Assembly (NCBI GenBank): GCA_047967505.1
Contig: CM106538.1
Strand: one strand, 5' to 3'
DNA length: 64,000 bases
Source of the DNA: Dipteris shenzhenensis
Taxonomy: Eukaryota
Shown here: piece after piece, positions 1 to 11,899 of the stretch
Numbering within the stretch: the stretch's first letter is position 1
Layout: every line of letters starts with the position of its first letter
Notes under the pieces: model-generated
Database searches by the model: none
Seen by the model: the letters and a program-made list of their open reading frames with translations, nothing else
What the model was told of the DNA's origin: nothing
Position numbers and translations under genes: made by a program

Positions 1-2765
1 CATGCTCTATCATTCAGTCATCACTCTCGAAGTCAGTCTACTTGCAGGTACAGGATGGTGTACAGGGTGTAGATTACCATGCATATGAGTTTTATACTCA
101 TATATGCCGGATGTATGACCATGATAGTGTTATGTTACAGCATGATGGGCTGAAATGTACTGATGGGCTGAATTACAGCCTTGATATGCACTCCAAAGGT
201 CGAAACAGGTCATGTTCAAGGGGGAATTCCAAGAGCAAGTCTAGCTCTCGGACTTGTGTTAGATGTTTCTATTGTGGAAAGTATGGCCACATGAAAAAGT
301 ATTGCTGGAAATGGCTGAGAAAATACAAGAAGAAGAGCAAGGTTAAGAATGACAGGAAGAAGGAGAAGAAGCATGTTGAGCTTCAAGGCGTGGATGCCAG
401 GGTTTCCACTGACAGTAGCAGTGATGAAGGCATTCTTTTATCTATGTCTGACACCTCCTTTTTGGCCACTGATGTACCCATTCTCGGTGATTGGATATTA
501 GATCCATGTGCTTCATGTCATATGACCCCTCATAGGTCATGGTTCAGTGCATATCAGGAATGCATTGTGGAGAGTAGTTTGATGGGCATTGATCATTCTA
601 TGGATGTCTATGGTTATGGGGATATCCACCTTGTTATGCCTAGTGGCTCTATTCTTGTTCTACAGAGGGTTAGACATATACCAGGACTTGCTACAAGCAA
701 GATCAGTACTGGACAGTTGGTTGAGGCAGGTTATCATGTCTCTTTGGATGATCGTGCATGGAAGATTGCTAGAGGCAATCTGGTTATGGCTAGGGAATCA
801 CGGGTTGGATTCTCTGATGCATTGCATGTATCAGGTGTCCAGGATAAGATGCTTATGATTAGTAAGCAGCCATTAGCTAGTTTATGGTATGCCAGACTTG
901 GACATATGTCTACTGCAGGTATGGAAGCCCTTATAACATTGAGATACATTCCTGTTATGGATGTCTCTCAAATTTTATGTCATGATTGTAATGATGGTCA
1001 ACAGTCAGGATCCTCCTTTGTGAGGAACACAGTCAGTGAGAGGTATCTTGAGCCATTGCAGTTGGTTCATAGTGCAGTTTGTGGGCCTATGCGTACCGTT
1101 TCACTGGGTGGCGCCTCTTACTTTGTGACATTTATTGATGCTGCTACAAAGTACATATGGGTATATCCGATTCGGCAGAAGCATGATGTATATGATACAT
1201 TTCAGCGCTTCTTGGGTAATGCTAAAAATCAGTCAGGAAAGAAGCTATTGAGCTTGATGACTGATGGTGATGCAGAGTTTACCTCTCCTAGATTTCAGCA
1301 TCTATGTGATACACTTGGTATCAGGAGGGTGTTGACCACTCCTCATCTTTCTGCTCACGATGCCTTGGCAGAAGGCATAAATCGGATTCTATTGGATAGG
1401 ATTGGTAGCTTGCTACGGTATGCAAGTCTTACCGAATGCTATTGGGCTGAGGCATGTAAGATAGCTGCATACTTGCTTAACAGGTCACCCAGGAGATCTC
1501 TGAATGGTAGAGTGCCATTTGACTTCTTGACAGGCAGGGCACCATGTTATGAGCATTTACGTGTGTTTGGCTACGAGGCTTATGCTCATGGTTCCCGATC
1601 GAGGAGGTGTATCTTCCTTGGATATAGTGAGTCCAGTGAGGACTACAGGTTATGGGATTCTTCAACTAGAGAGTTGATACGGAGCCATAATGTCTATTTC
1701 AGAGAGGATGCTATGTTTAGACAGCCCAGGACTGTGGATAGCAGGAGAGTGGTGTTCCAGGAGGGTGTAAGTGCACTGATATCTCCGAATTCTTTGCAGA
1801 GGCAGCCCATATCCCTTGAAGTGGGAGGTTTTTCCCACAGTGAGCAGGTTATAAAGTTGGGACAACAATGATTACTTCCTGATTTTGGTCAGAGACAATC
1901 AGATGTCTCAAGTATTCCACAGGTTTATACTCCTATGGAGATTGTTGATGCATCTTCTATGGAAAGTTACAATTTGCTCCTAGGATGCGGAGTGCCTCTT
2001 GTAGATGAGGATGAGGCTATGCATGGTGAGGAGGATACCTTGGCTAACGATGCCCGGTATGATCCATTGGCTAGTTATGCCAGGACAAATGTGGTTTCTG
2101 CAGTTATTGACTCGGGTCATATTGCGCATGGGTAGGAATCATTGATATGTTTGCTTCGTAAGTGCCTTCATGGCCAGAAGCAATCCCCTCGAGCTTGGCT
2201 TCATAGGTTTGATACCGTTATGAGAGCTCAGGATGTGATGCGCAGTGAGACAGGTTATGGTCTCAGTATTCAGGAGGTTGCTATCCTTCTGAGGTTACTT
2301 GCCATATGGTTCCTTATGGACAGGGATGCTTTGCAGTGGGAGCTGCATGATCTTGATGATGTTTGTCAGATACTTGGTTATTTCAGTATGGACAGGGGGA
2401 AGTTACTGAGTACTCCATTGCCTATATCGGCTCCATACTTGAAACACTGCAGGTTTGACGATCACAGATCAGTTGAGCAGCAAGTTATGGTTGATATGGC
2501 AGCCATAGTACTTCATGCATCCATGACTATGTTGAGACTTGGTTCTCACATGTTTGCCATTGGGGCTACACTTCCGGTTCTTGCTTCCGTTGCAATGGAA
2601 GTTGGTAGCATGATTATGGTAGATTTTGGCAGTAGGGAAGCGGTTGTGGACATCAGGTCCTTATGCTTCCAAGAGCAGCATGCAGGTGATGCAGGTTGGG
2701 TAGACCAGCAGAGGTCTATTGTAGGTTATGTGCTTATGGTCACAGTAACATATTCTAGAAAGAGT
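1..2765 (+). mobile_element. Degenerate Ty1/copia gag-pol fragment (zinc knuckle, protease, GAG-pre-integrase, integrase; RT/RNaseH heavily deleted)
   Basis: ORF 42-1871 has the CFYCGKYGHMKKYC knuckle, the WILDPCASCHMT protease motif, LWYARLGHMS, and integrase motifs LVHSAVCGPM...YFVTFID...HLRVFGYEAYAH. ORF 2142-2771 keeps RT scraps (CLLRKCLHGQKQSPRAW) and RNaseH scraps. The order PR-INT-RT is diagnostic of copia. No LTR seen. Confidence 0.9.
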
Positions 2766-5085
2766 AGTTGAGAGGGAAGCTTACAACTTCCTAGATGGAT
2801 CCTCGGGATATAATCATGTATCCATAGCCCTGGAAGATTAACATAAAACTACCTTTGGAACCAAGTGTGGTGTGTATGTGGCCAAAGTGATGATATTTGG
2901 ACTTACCAATGTGGCCCTTCACATTTCAACAGTTGGTGATCATCGTCTTCAAGGAGTATCTAAGGGACTTCGTAGAAGTCTTCTTGGAGGATGTGCCCGT
3001 GAATCTGACATGGGATGATCATTTGAAATACCTGAAACTAGTCCTTAATAGGTGCAAGTTGTATTGGATATCATTGAATTTGCATAAGTGTCAATTCCAA
3101 GTCAAACAGATGTCATTCTAGTGTTCAAGAATGGCATCTCCATCGATTACAACAACATCAAGCTCATTCTAGAGTTCCCCCCCCCTGAATGCCAAGGGAG
3201 TGCAATGGTTTATAGGCCATATGGGTTACTATCAAAGATTCACCTATCATACGCACACATAGCCCAGCCATTGTACAAGCTGCTAGTAGTCTTTGAGTGG
3301 ACTGAGGAATGTCAGAAATCCTTTGAAACCCTCAAGCTACCTCTGGCCATAGCACTGGTATTGCGGGCCCCGGACTGGGATCTAATATTCCATATCCACA
3401 TAGATGCCTCAAAATTTGCCAACGAGTGTGTGTTAGGCCAACCACATCCTAGCCGACCACATCTCAAGGATTTTCAATGGGGAAGCTCCAACAGGAGTCC
3501 CGAATGACCTCCCCAATGCTCTCCTATTTCTCGTTGACATAATTCCAGAATGCACTACCTGGCAAACGGGTTACCCCTAGACAAAGCCCTCAAGAAGGAT
3601 AGAGCCCATATGCTCATTACGGACGCAACACCGTATCAGCTAATTGCAAGCCAACTCTACCACATGGGCAAAGATGGCATCATGCATAGGTGTGTGTATG
3701 AACATGAATATATCAATGTGCTTGAAGAAGCCCATTTCGAGATAGACAACAATCACTTTGCCGTGCTGATGTTATGGCACGTAAAGTGTTATAGGCAGGC
3801 CTCTCATGGCCAACTCTCTTTAGAGATGAAGTCAAGTTTATCAAGCGATGTGATCCCTACCAAAGAGTGCAAATACCACATAAATCAGGCATGATGCCCC
3901 TAACGGGAATATTAACTGATCAGCCCTTTGAGAAATGGGGCATAAATTTTATTGGTCTAATAAGCCCAACAGCAGCTAAAGGAACAGGGGTCAAATACAT
4001 TATCCTGGCCACAGATTATTTCACCAAACGGGTGAAGGGATGAGCCACGCGAAAAGCTAATGCGTAGTCCACAGCTAAGTTTTTATACAAATAAGTCATC
4101 ACACGATTCGGGTATCCCTTGGAATTAGTCAGTGATCGTGAAACTCATTTCCTCAATGAAAATATAGCAATCCTGTCTAGCGAATTCATCATCATACATA
4201 GGAAATCGATGCCATACTATCTCAGGGAAAAAGGCCTGTCTAAGATCTCGAACCAAACATGCTTTATAACTTCCATCGTTAAAGCCAGTCGTACCAACTG
4301 GGAGCACAAGCTCATCACAACATTGTGGACCTACCAGACGTCTTACAACGTGGTAGCAAAATGCATCCCCTTCAACTTAGCCTTTGGTGTGGAAGCAGTT
4401 ATGCCAATGGAGTATGTAGTACCCAACCTTCGCATTAGGATCAAGTAAAGGCTCACCAAAAATGCTTTGGCGGAGCACTTAATCGATCAGGAATGACTAG
4501 ATGAAATGAGATTGCATGCAACCTATTGCCTTCGAGTGGAGAAGGCAAGGCATAAGAAATGGTTTGACCGCAACCTCAAGAACAAAGAGCTCAAGGAGGG
4601 AGACAAAGCACTCCTCCATGGCATCTATAACACCAAGCACAAACTTAAATATAGGGGCATGGGTCCCTACCATGTAGCGAAGATTACCCCACAAGGTGCA
4701 TGCCGAATAGCTAGGGAATAGCTACCCTAAATGGAGTTGAGATGGATGGCTATCTGAATGGTAGCAAATTGAAAAGATACTATGGCCCCCTCACTCTACA
4801 AACCCTCCAAGCCATACATAGGGAAAAGGAGGTCGAGATCGAGATAGCCCAAATGAAATGCCAAGCCATCGACAAAGCCTAGGCATGTAATACAAAAATC
4901 AAACAATGAAAACAAATGGCCTTGTTTAAGGCAACAATAGAGCACCTAGGGCCAAATCAATGAACTAATAGTAGATCTAGCTAGGTTGAGTGTCCAATCA
5001 TGCAGGGTTCAAGTACAGGCATCGAGGCACTCGTGGATCCAAGAGCGAGTCATAACTTCATCTATCGCAAAGTATGGGAAGTGCT

Positions 5086-6529
5086 AAGGAGTGCCACTAG
5101 CAATCTTCAATTCAAAGAAAGCAATCTTAAGTGACAATTTTGAGATGTGAGAGCTAGCACCAAAAATAATATCAAGCTTCTGCCAAGCTTTAGAAGGAGA
5201 CTCCAAATCAGAAATGTGATGAATATAGTCATCTCCTAAGCCAAGAGCAATGATGCCATAGGCTTTCTCCTCTCTAGCAGGATCTCATGCTGGGTGTGTA
5301 GGAGCTATGGATTCTCCAGCATTAGAGGCTATTGAAGAAGAAGTTGAAGCAGGTTTGACAAACCCCTAGAGGTTTTCCCTCATCAATGCAAACTTAACCT
5401 TCATTTGCCATGTGTGAAAGCCTTTACCATTGAGCTTATCCATATTCAAGAAGGTAGCCATGAGAGGGTCTAACCCAAAATGGGCAGTGTCTACTCTTTT
5501 ACAAGGCTAGAAAGAGTTGAACAGCTTCAAAGTACAAGCATTTAGAGTAGCAAAGACTTGTAACCAAATTCCATACTACAAATCATAATGGAAATGATGC
5601 TTCCACTTGCATGCTTCATAGAGGTGGCTAAATGAAAGTATTCCAAGCAAATCTAGGTATAGCAACTTAAAGGAAAGTTGTAGCCATAGTTGTAATGATG
5701 CTATTCAACACTTTAAAACATCAGAATTGCTAAAGTAGCATCTAATGTAGCATCAAACTCACAACATTGTCAAAACTATCCAAAACAGAGGCCTGAACTT
5801 GGAGGGATTGTATCTCACTCTTCAAAGCAAAGAAAAGAGGGCTTTCTAGGTAGAAAAAAAGCTGATATACCAGAGAAGAGCCACTAAGGAGGAGAAGCTA
5901 AATGCCACGTCATGTCGCCATAGCCAATAGCTTGAAAGTCGACTGGTTTTTTTACTGTTTCTCCCTCCCTGGTGGACCATTTCCCTTCAAATCTGGACAG
6001 GAGCTATCTCATACTGTTGTGCAAGCTTGGCTTAGAGGAATTTTGGAATGGCTACTCCAGCAAGTTGCATTGCAAGAAAAGGTGTCAAGAGGAAGATGAC
6101 TGTTGCGCGGTTTCGTGGGCAGCATTCTCTAATTCCTTTGAAGTGGAAGTTCGCCCATACACGAGGAGTCTATAGCTCAAAGGATTTGGAGAATGGTGAA
6201 AAGACGAGGGAGAACAAGCTCTCACAAGTTTGGGGAAGAAATGGTGAAGATGAAGAAGATGATGGAGAAGAAGAAGATGATGACATGGCATAAATGGGCT
6301 CAAGGAGGATCAGAGTGCTCTGATACCATGTAGAAGAACTGAAAGGAAAGCATGAAGCTGAACATGAAATGAGAATGCTTGCTTGCTTATGGAATGAAGA
6401 AAGGTGAGGTCCATATGTAGGCACCTCTTACATGAGCCACCAAGCACCATGATCATCTCCTTAATCATCTCCTCAATCAACTCCTAGATTCTCTCAATCA
6501 TCCTATGTGGCATCTACCACCACCTAACA
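5086..6529 (-). mobile_element. Truncated Ty1/copia element (5' LTR, PBS, leader, gag N-terminus) inserted in the gypsy element
   Basis: PBS TGGTATCAGAGC (tRNA-iMet) is the reverse complement of 6317-6328. Candidate LTR 6329-6529 has TG...CA ends. Gag starts at 5461 (-): MATFLNMDKLNGKGFHTWQMKVKFALMRENL*...AYGIIALGLGDDYIHHI...KAWQKLD. GTGCT flanks both sides (5081-5085 and 6530-6534). Confidence 0.8.
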
Positions 6530-7499
6530 GTGCTTATGGGCACCAAACTGTGCCTCTAGCACACACACATAGAAACCAAGGTGTGCCTGGGGCATACACC
6601 TTGAGATATCCCATCAGGCTACTATCAAGGCAAGCGATACGTTTGGGTTCCAAATCTTCCAACGACACTGCATGCACAACGTCAACTCATTGGGATTCAT
6701 AATGTAGTAACACAAGAACCAGCGTCAACTCTTGATGCAATCCCACAAGAACCTACCCTCAAGCCCAGCATGATGAACAATTCTGCGAGCTCGAGGAGTG
6801 TCATGATTCCATGTATAGTGCAACTCAATGAGAAAGCCGCCAAGGTCATTGAGGAAGCATCATAAGAACCCCTAAATTTGGGATGGTTTCACAAGAACCT
6901 TCCTCCATGCCCCCGTGCACATGCCATCAAAAGTCACCTCACTCAGGGGGGCACCCATGGTGTCACCCGAACATACCCCGCCTATCAAATCAAATGTCAC
7001 AGTATCACAAGGACTTGTCCTCGCTTCAGTTACAGCCACACAAGAATCCGCATGCCTTATTCTGAGAGAGTTCCATCAAAGTGAATGCCACAGTGTTGAT
7101 ATGGACATGACAACTAGGATGATGCACAAACTCAACGCATGCTCTACTTGGCTGATGACGCGATATGCTATTGTTCGGCATCCAACTCCATTACATTTCA
7201 AATAATCATCAAGTCTAGGACTAGGTGAGTCTGTACGGTAGGCATATCACCCACATGCTCCAGCAGCTCACAAGTCCTTGGTATTCCAATGCACTCACTC
7301 ACATTCACACTCAGAATTAGGTGAATACGACAATACATTTTTGTGTATTTTCTTCATATTTTGCATCGTGGCACACTGATTGCATGAGTCTATGCATCAC
7401 CTAGTCCATCCACCCTTTTTCCCTCTGGACAACACCCTCAGCATCCCCCCCCCCTTTTTTGGGTTCTTTTTTTCCATTTTCCCTCTCAATAATTGTGAC

Positions 7500-7830
7500 A
7501 ACTATCAACCCGATGACTTGTCAAATTACAACTATCCCGTCGAATCATTGCCTTATAGCTAACGCGATGACCCATCACCTTATAGCTATCCCATCAGATT
7601 GTCGCCTTCCTCCCATCCTGCCACGCCTTACAACTATCCCACCAGATCGTCACCTTATAGCTATCCTGGTGGATCACCGCCTTCCTCCCTTCCCATCGGA
7701 TCATCACCTTACAGCTAACTTGACGACCTGTTGCCTTACAGTTATCTCGATGGATCGTCACCTTCCTCCCATCCCATCGGATCGTAGCCTTACAACTATC
7801 ATGCTGACCCGTCACCTTATGCTATCCCCT
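7500..7830 (+). repeat. Degenerate ~22-24-bp tandem repeat in the 3' region of the gypsy element
   Basis: Recurring GATCGTCACCTTA(T/C)AGCTATCC and GATCGTCGCCTTCCTCCCATCC variants. Confidence 0.75.
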
Positions 7831-10800
7831 CGGCCGTTGGATACCAAAACCTATAAAAAGGCACCCTATCCCTCCGGATTGTCACCTTAGCAAAAATAGC
7901 AAAACTCTACCAAATTTTTGCCATATTTTCCACAACCCCCTACCTCTTTCCATACTGCATACCAACCACCCTTTGGATGTCCTCAGCCTTGTCTTCCTCC
8001 ACTAACTCATTTATCACCCACCTGCCTTCTTTCTTCCCCAAGTTTCTTAAATTTAAAAGGGACTTCGGCCTCCAACCCCCGAATTCAGTTCCCACTGGCC
8101 CTTTTGAATCCCAAAGCACACCCTTCGGGACTATTAGAATTCCATCAGACATCCTGATAGAGGTACTTCAAATAGAAGAGGAGATCTCGACCCAACAAGC
8201 CTCCCAAGCACAACCAGTAGCAGCGGCTGTAACCACTCCCCCGAAATCATCCAAGAAGTGCATGGCTAGCTCCAACACAGGGGGAGTACAAGGTCGTGAG
8301 GTCCCTGAAATGCTCACCACTCGGAGAAACATGGCTCTAACAACTCAACAGCTGCATGAATAGTATGTGTATGAGGGGAATGATTATACCCTATACTACC
8401 ATAACACAACCGCATACCAATCTCTCAAGGAGCCAGAAGTACAAGCATCCCAGGCAATGACAAGTCTCAAGCCTATTGCGGACCGTCTGTCATGTCACCT
8501 CGACATGAAGTTGGTCGGGGAATTCGTCAGCAGCCTACAACTCAAACTCCAATGGCGGCATTCTCTCGATGCAGCAGGCACCCTCACTTCCACCACCACA
8601 ATGTGGACGTGGTGTGCTCTTCCTTCGACCTCCCTGTCATTGCAGACAAGTACTCACACAAGAAATACATGCACGAGGCCCACGGCAAGATCTATAAATA
8701 CGACAGAAAGAAGAGAAAGCACCAAATCCACTTCTCTAAGAGAGATAACAAAGCCCGAGATGGAAAAATCGGCAAGAGTGCTCCAGTGGTTGACACAAGT
8801 CAAACACATGGACCACCATCGGTCGATAGTGCCAAACATCCTTGCAAGGTTGGCAGAGGCACGGGTCACCAACTGCGCTGATTACTTTTGCACACAGATG
8901 AGGGAAGACCTCAAGACACATAGTAATATCCTGGGCAATCCAATGTTGTACATGCCTATGCTTTACCATTTGTTGGGGCACTAGCCGCGTATCGGATATG
9001 GGCTGGCTGTCAAGGCAGCCACAGGACTCGTTCCAATAGATGAAGTAGCGACGATGGCCAACCCCAAACAGCTGATATGCAATCTAATCCCCACCCCCTC
9101 CAGCCATCCTGCTCAACAACCACTTGACAGTTAATTGTGGGAACAATACGAAGACCATCAAGTGCAGTAATTTGTAAGGAGGCAGTGACACGTCGAGGCA
9201 TCCACCCAACACCCTAAAGGCAAGGCCCCCATTTTGGACCCCATTGGTGTGGAAGAGTTTCACAAGGATGACAATGTAAATATTGGTCTCCACCCCATGG
9301 TAACAAGCATTCCCCCCACCCCTTCTGCCCCCCAGACTATAGCTACTACTACCCCATTGCAACCCCAAGAACCCACTTCATTCATCACAGTCTCTTCCTC
9401 TTCTCCATGCCATACTCATAGAAGCCCTAAAGTCTGCAGTGCACCGTAGTACCAAAGACCTAGAGGCTATTGGCCGAATAGCTCTCACACTAGTAGGGAT
9501 TTGACTGACAAATCCAAACCCTTCTTGCAGAGGAGCAAGCCCTCACTATCTCTATGCAAGCACAGAATGAGAACCTTTGTACCTCAGGCCACCCAAAGGA
9601 ATCTACGTTGGAAGACAGAGAGCAGTAGGAGTTCTCGATGTACAAGGAGGTCTCTGCACAACTCGCCACCTACACCGTCTCCCCACGCACCATCCCCCAA
9701 ACACTTCGATGCACTCTGTGCAAAAAACCTCATTTTCCACATAGATTTCACCGCCCCTCTGCCACCTAAAACACTCCAGACCATCCTCCGTCGCAACCCC
9801 GACCACTATCGTCCCATCCTCGCCATGTCCTAATTCTCCCTCAACCTTTAGCCTGCCAGTCTAACCTTTCGATCGTTAAACCCTACTCCACCCACCCCAT
9901 CCTCCTAAACTTCCGGGCATGGTCTCGACTAATCACATAGTCCACCGATTGTCCACAGGATGATGAAGTGATGCAGTTAGCCAATCCCAACAAACTTAGC
10001 CCATGCGTCTAGACTCCCGATAGCCTCCAAGCCGATATCAACTGGATGTAGACCTATGTGGCCGGGCTTCAGCAATCCAAATGCAAGGACACCTAGTTGC
10101 ATATCGCTCCATGGCCTACCATCCCCTCGGCATCATCATTTTGTTGAATCGAGTGCTACAAGCTCTCCAGGACTCACTTGAGTCCTTGGTCAGCAATTTT
10201 GAAACAATTCATGTAACATACCCTGAAGATGCCATCGAGGAGGAAGGGCAGGAAGCAATCATTAGCTTTAACTCTACCGCTGCCCCCACAGAAATTCCAT
10301 AGCCATCCCCTATCGATCCCACCCAGCTGCCCCAACAACAACCCACCAATCCCATCCCGCCTCCCCTTCCCTGAACAAATGAGTACTCCTCCAATGCTTC
10401 CAACACTAGCACTACACAGCACGGGACATCTCAATCCATCTCCTCCAACTCTCTTGTCGACCTTCTAGATGAGGCTCTCAATACATTACTGAATCCAACA
10501 CATTTTGTACATATGCCCATTGACCCTTTGTCTGTAGGGAATGTAGAGGAGGAGCCTATGCCAAATGTCGATGATGATGTCCCTCCAGAACCCTCTTCGT
10601 ACCGGCCCGAAAAAAACCAATGGTGGCCGGACCTGCAATCCTTCTAGGACTTGCCCGACAACACCCTCATGCATCACTAGAAGGACTAACTAGAAGACTT
10701 TGGCCTTCATCTATACGAGGTCATGGAAGTTCACCCACTCACTCAGTTTATTACCCAATCTTTCAATGACTAGAGGGCGAACCCACCCAAAGCGCACACA

Positions 10801-11440
10801 TGGTGGTTACCACTTACCCCTAGACGCGCACATTCCCCTCACCCACTTGGACATCAGCCTTCAACCTTGTTGGTGCATCCCCTTTTTGAAAAAGAAGCAA
10901 TTTTGGCTCTACTATCGCAATGCACACCTCAAGCAATGAATCCATCCCCTTTACATGCCCATGGAAAGACGACAGACCCGGGCTCAATTTTGAGAGCTCC
11001 TATAAATGACTCAGGAGGGATTTTTCTTTCGCCTCTATTCATTCAACGATACCTATGGCTCAGGGTTCCCGACCCCACGGTTTTGCAGCAGTACACTTCA
11101 ACCATCTTATCCTTTTTCTGCTCCGTGATCTCCTCACCCACAATCAGTCGGCCTATTGACAACAAACTACATAACCTCAATAACCAGATTATCTTCAACC
11201 CCGACAAAAGTCCGTCCCAATTCCAGGACTTATGCCTCTACCTTCAGATCCGCAACCTCCATGGCCATCACATTCAAACATTCAAGGATATGCATGCCAC
11301 CCACTTTTGGAAGTTCTAATCTTATTTCACGCGGATCACCCCCTGGCAATTGGACACGAAGTCCTCCAGACAGTCCTCTCCACTCACCTACTCTAGTGCG
11401 GCTGTGATCCGAGGGCATCTCAACAACAGGATGGGTGGCA

Positions 11441-11836
11441 TGTTAATAGCCACATTCATGGAGCACGATGATGGATCTGGCCCTATGGGTTTTGAGCCAC
11501 AAATGGCTCAAGATGGATTTAGTCCTGCAAGTTTTGAGCCTCAAAGGGCTTAGGACCAAGGTAGTCACCGCGAGATCATCCAAATTGGCAAGGATAACAC
11601 AAGAGTCATTTGGATCCCGTATATGGATAACACAAGAGCCATTTGAAGACAAAGAGGAGATTGAGAGAATCAGCATATGGGCCCAAGTGGTTGTAACAAA
11701 AGAGAGATGAGAGTGGTATAACGAAAAGGGTTGGCCCTCCCTTGAAAAGGTGACTTGTATAAAAGGCCAAATGGTTGACTTTAGTCTTCATTATTGTATG
11801 CACAAGTTTGGAATACAAGATCCCTCTTCTCTTTCA
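11441..11836 (+). mobile_element. Candidate 3' LTR of the gypsy element
   Basis: The purine-rich tract AGGATGGGTGGCA is followed directly by TGTTAATAG at 11441, and TATAAAAGG lies near 11758. There is no partner LTR in the window, so the right end is a guess. Confidence 0.4.
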
Positions 11837-11899
11837 AGAGTGTCTTTGGGTGTTCTCTTGTTTTCTTTGTAGTGCCTTTGTGTTTGCCACTCCATCCCC

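Larger units (their letters stand above)
2775..11440 (+). mobile_element. Degenerate Ty3/gypsy element: RT-RNaseH-integrase followed by a long 3' region, interrupted by a copia fragment at 5086-6529
   Basis: RT remnants (EYLRDFVEVFLED, ISLNLHKCQF, FEWTEECQKSFETLK), RNaseH (FHIHIDASKFA), integrase (PFEKWGINFIG, LVSDRETHFLN, PFNLAFGVEAVMP, GPY, NGSKLKRYYG). Many stops and frameshifts. The RT-RH-INT order indicates gypsy. The right boundary is inferred from a PPT-like tract before 11441. Confidence 0.75.
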
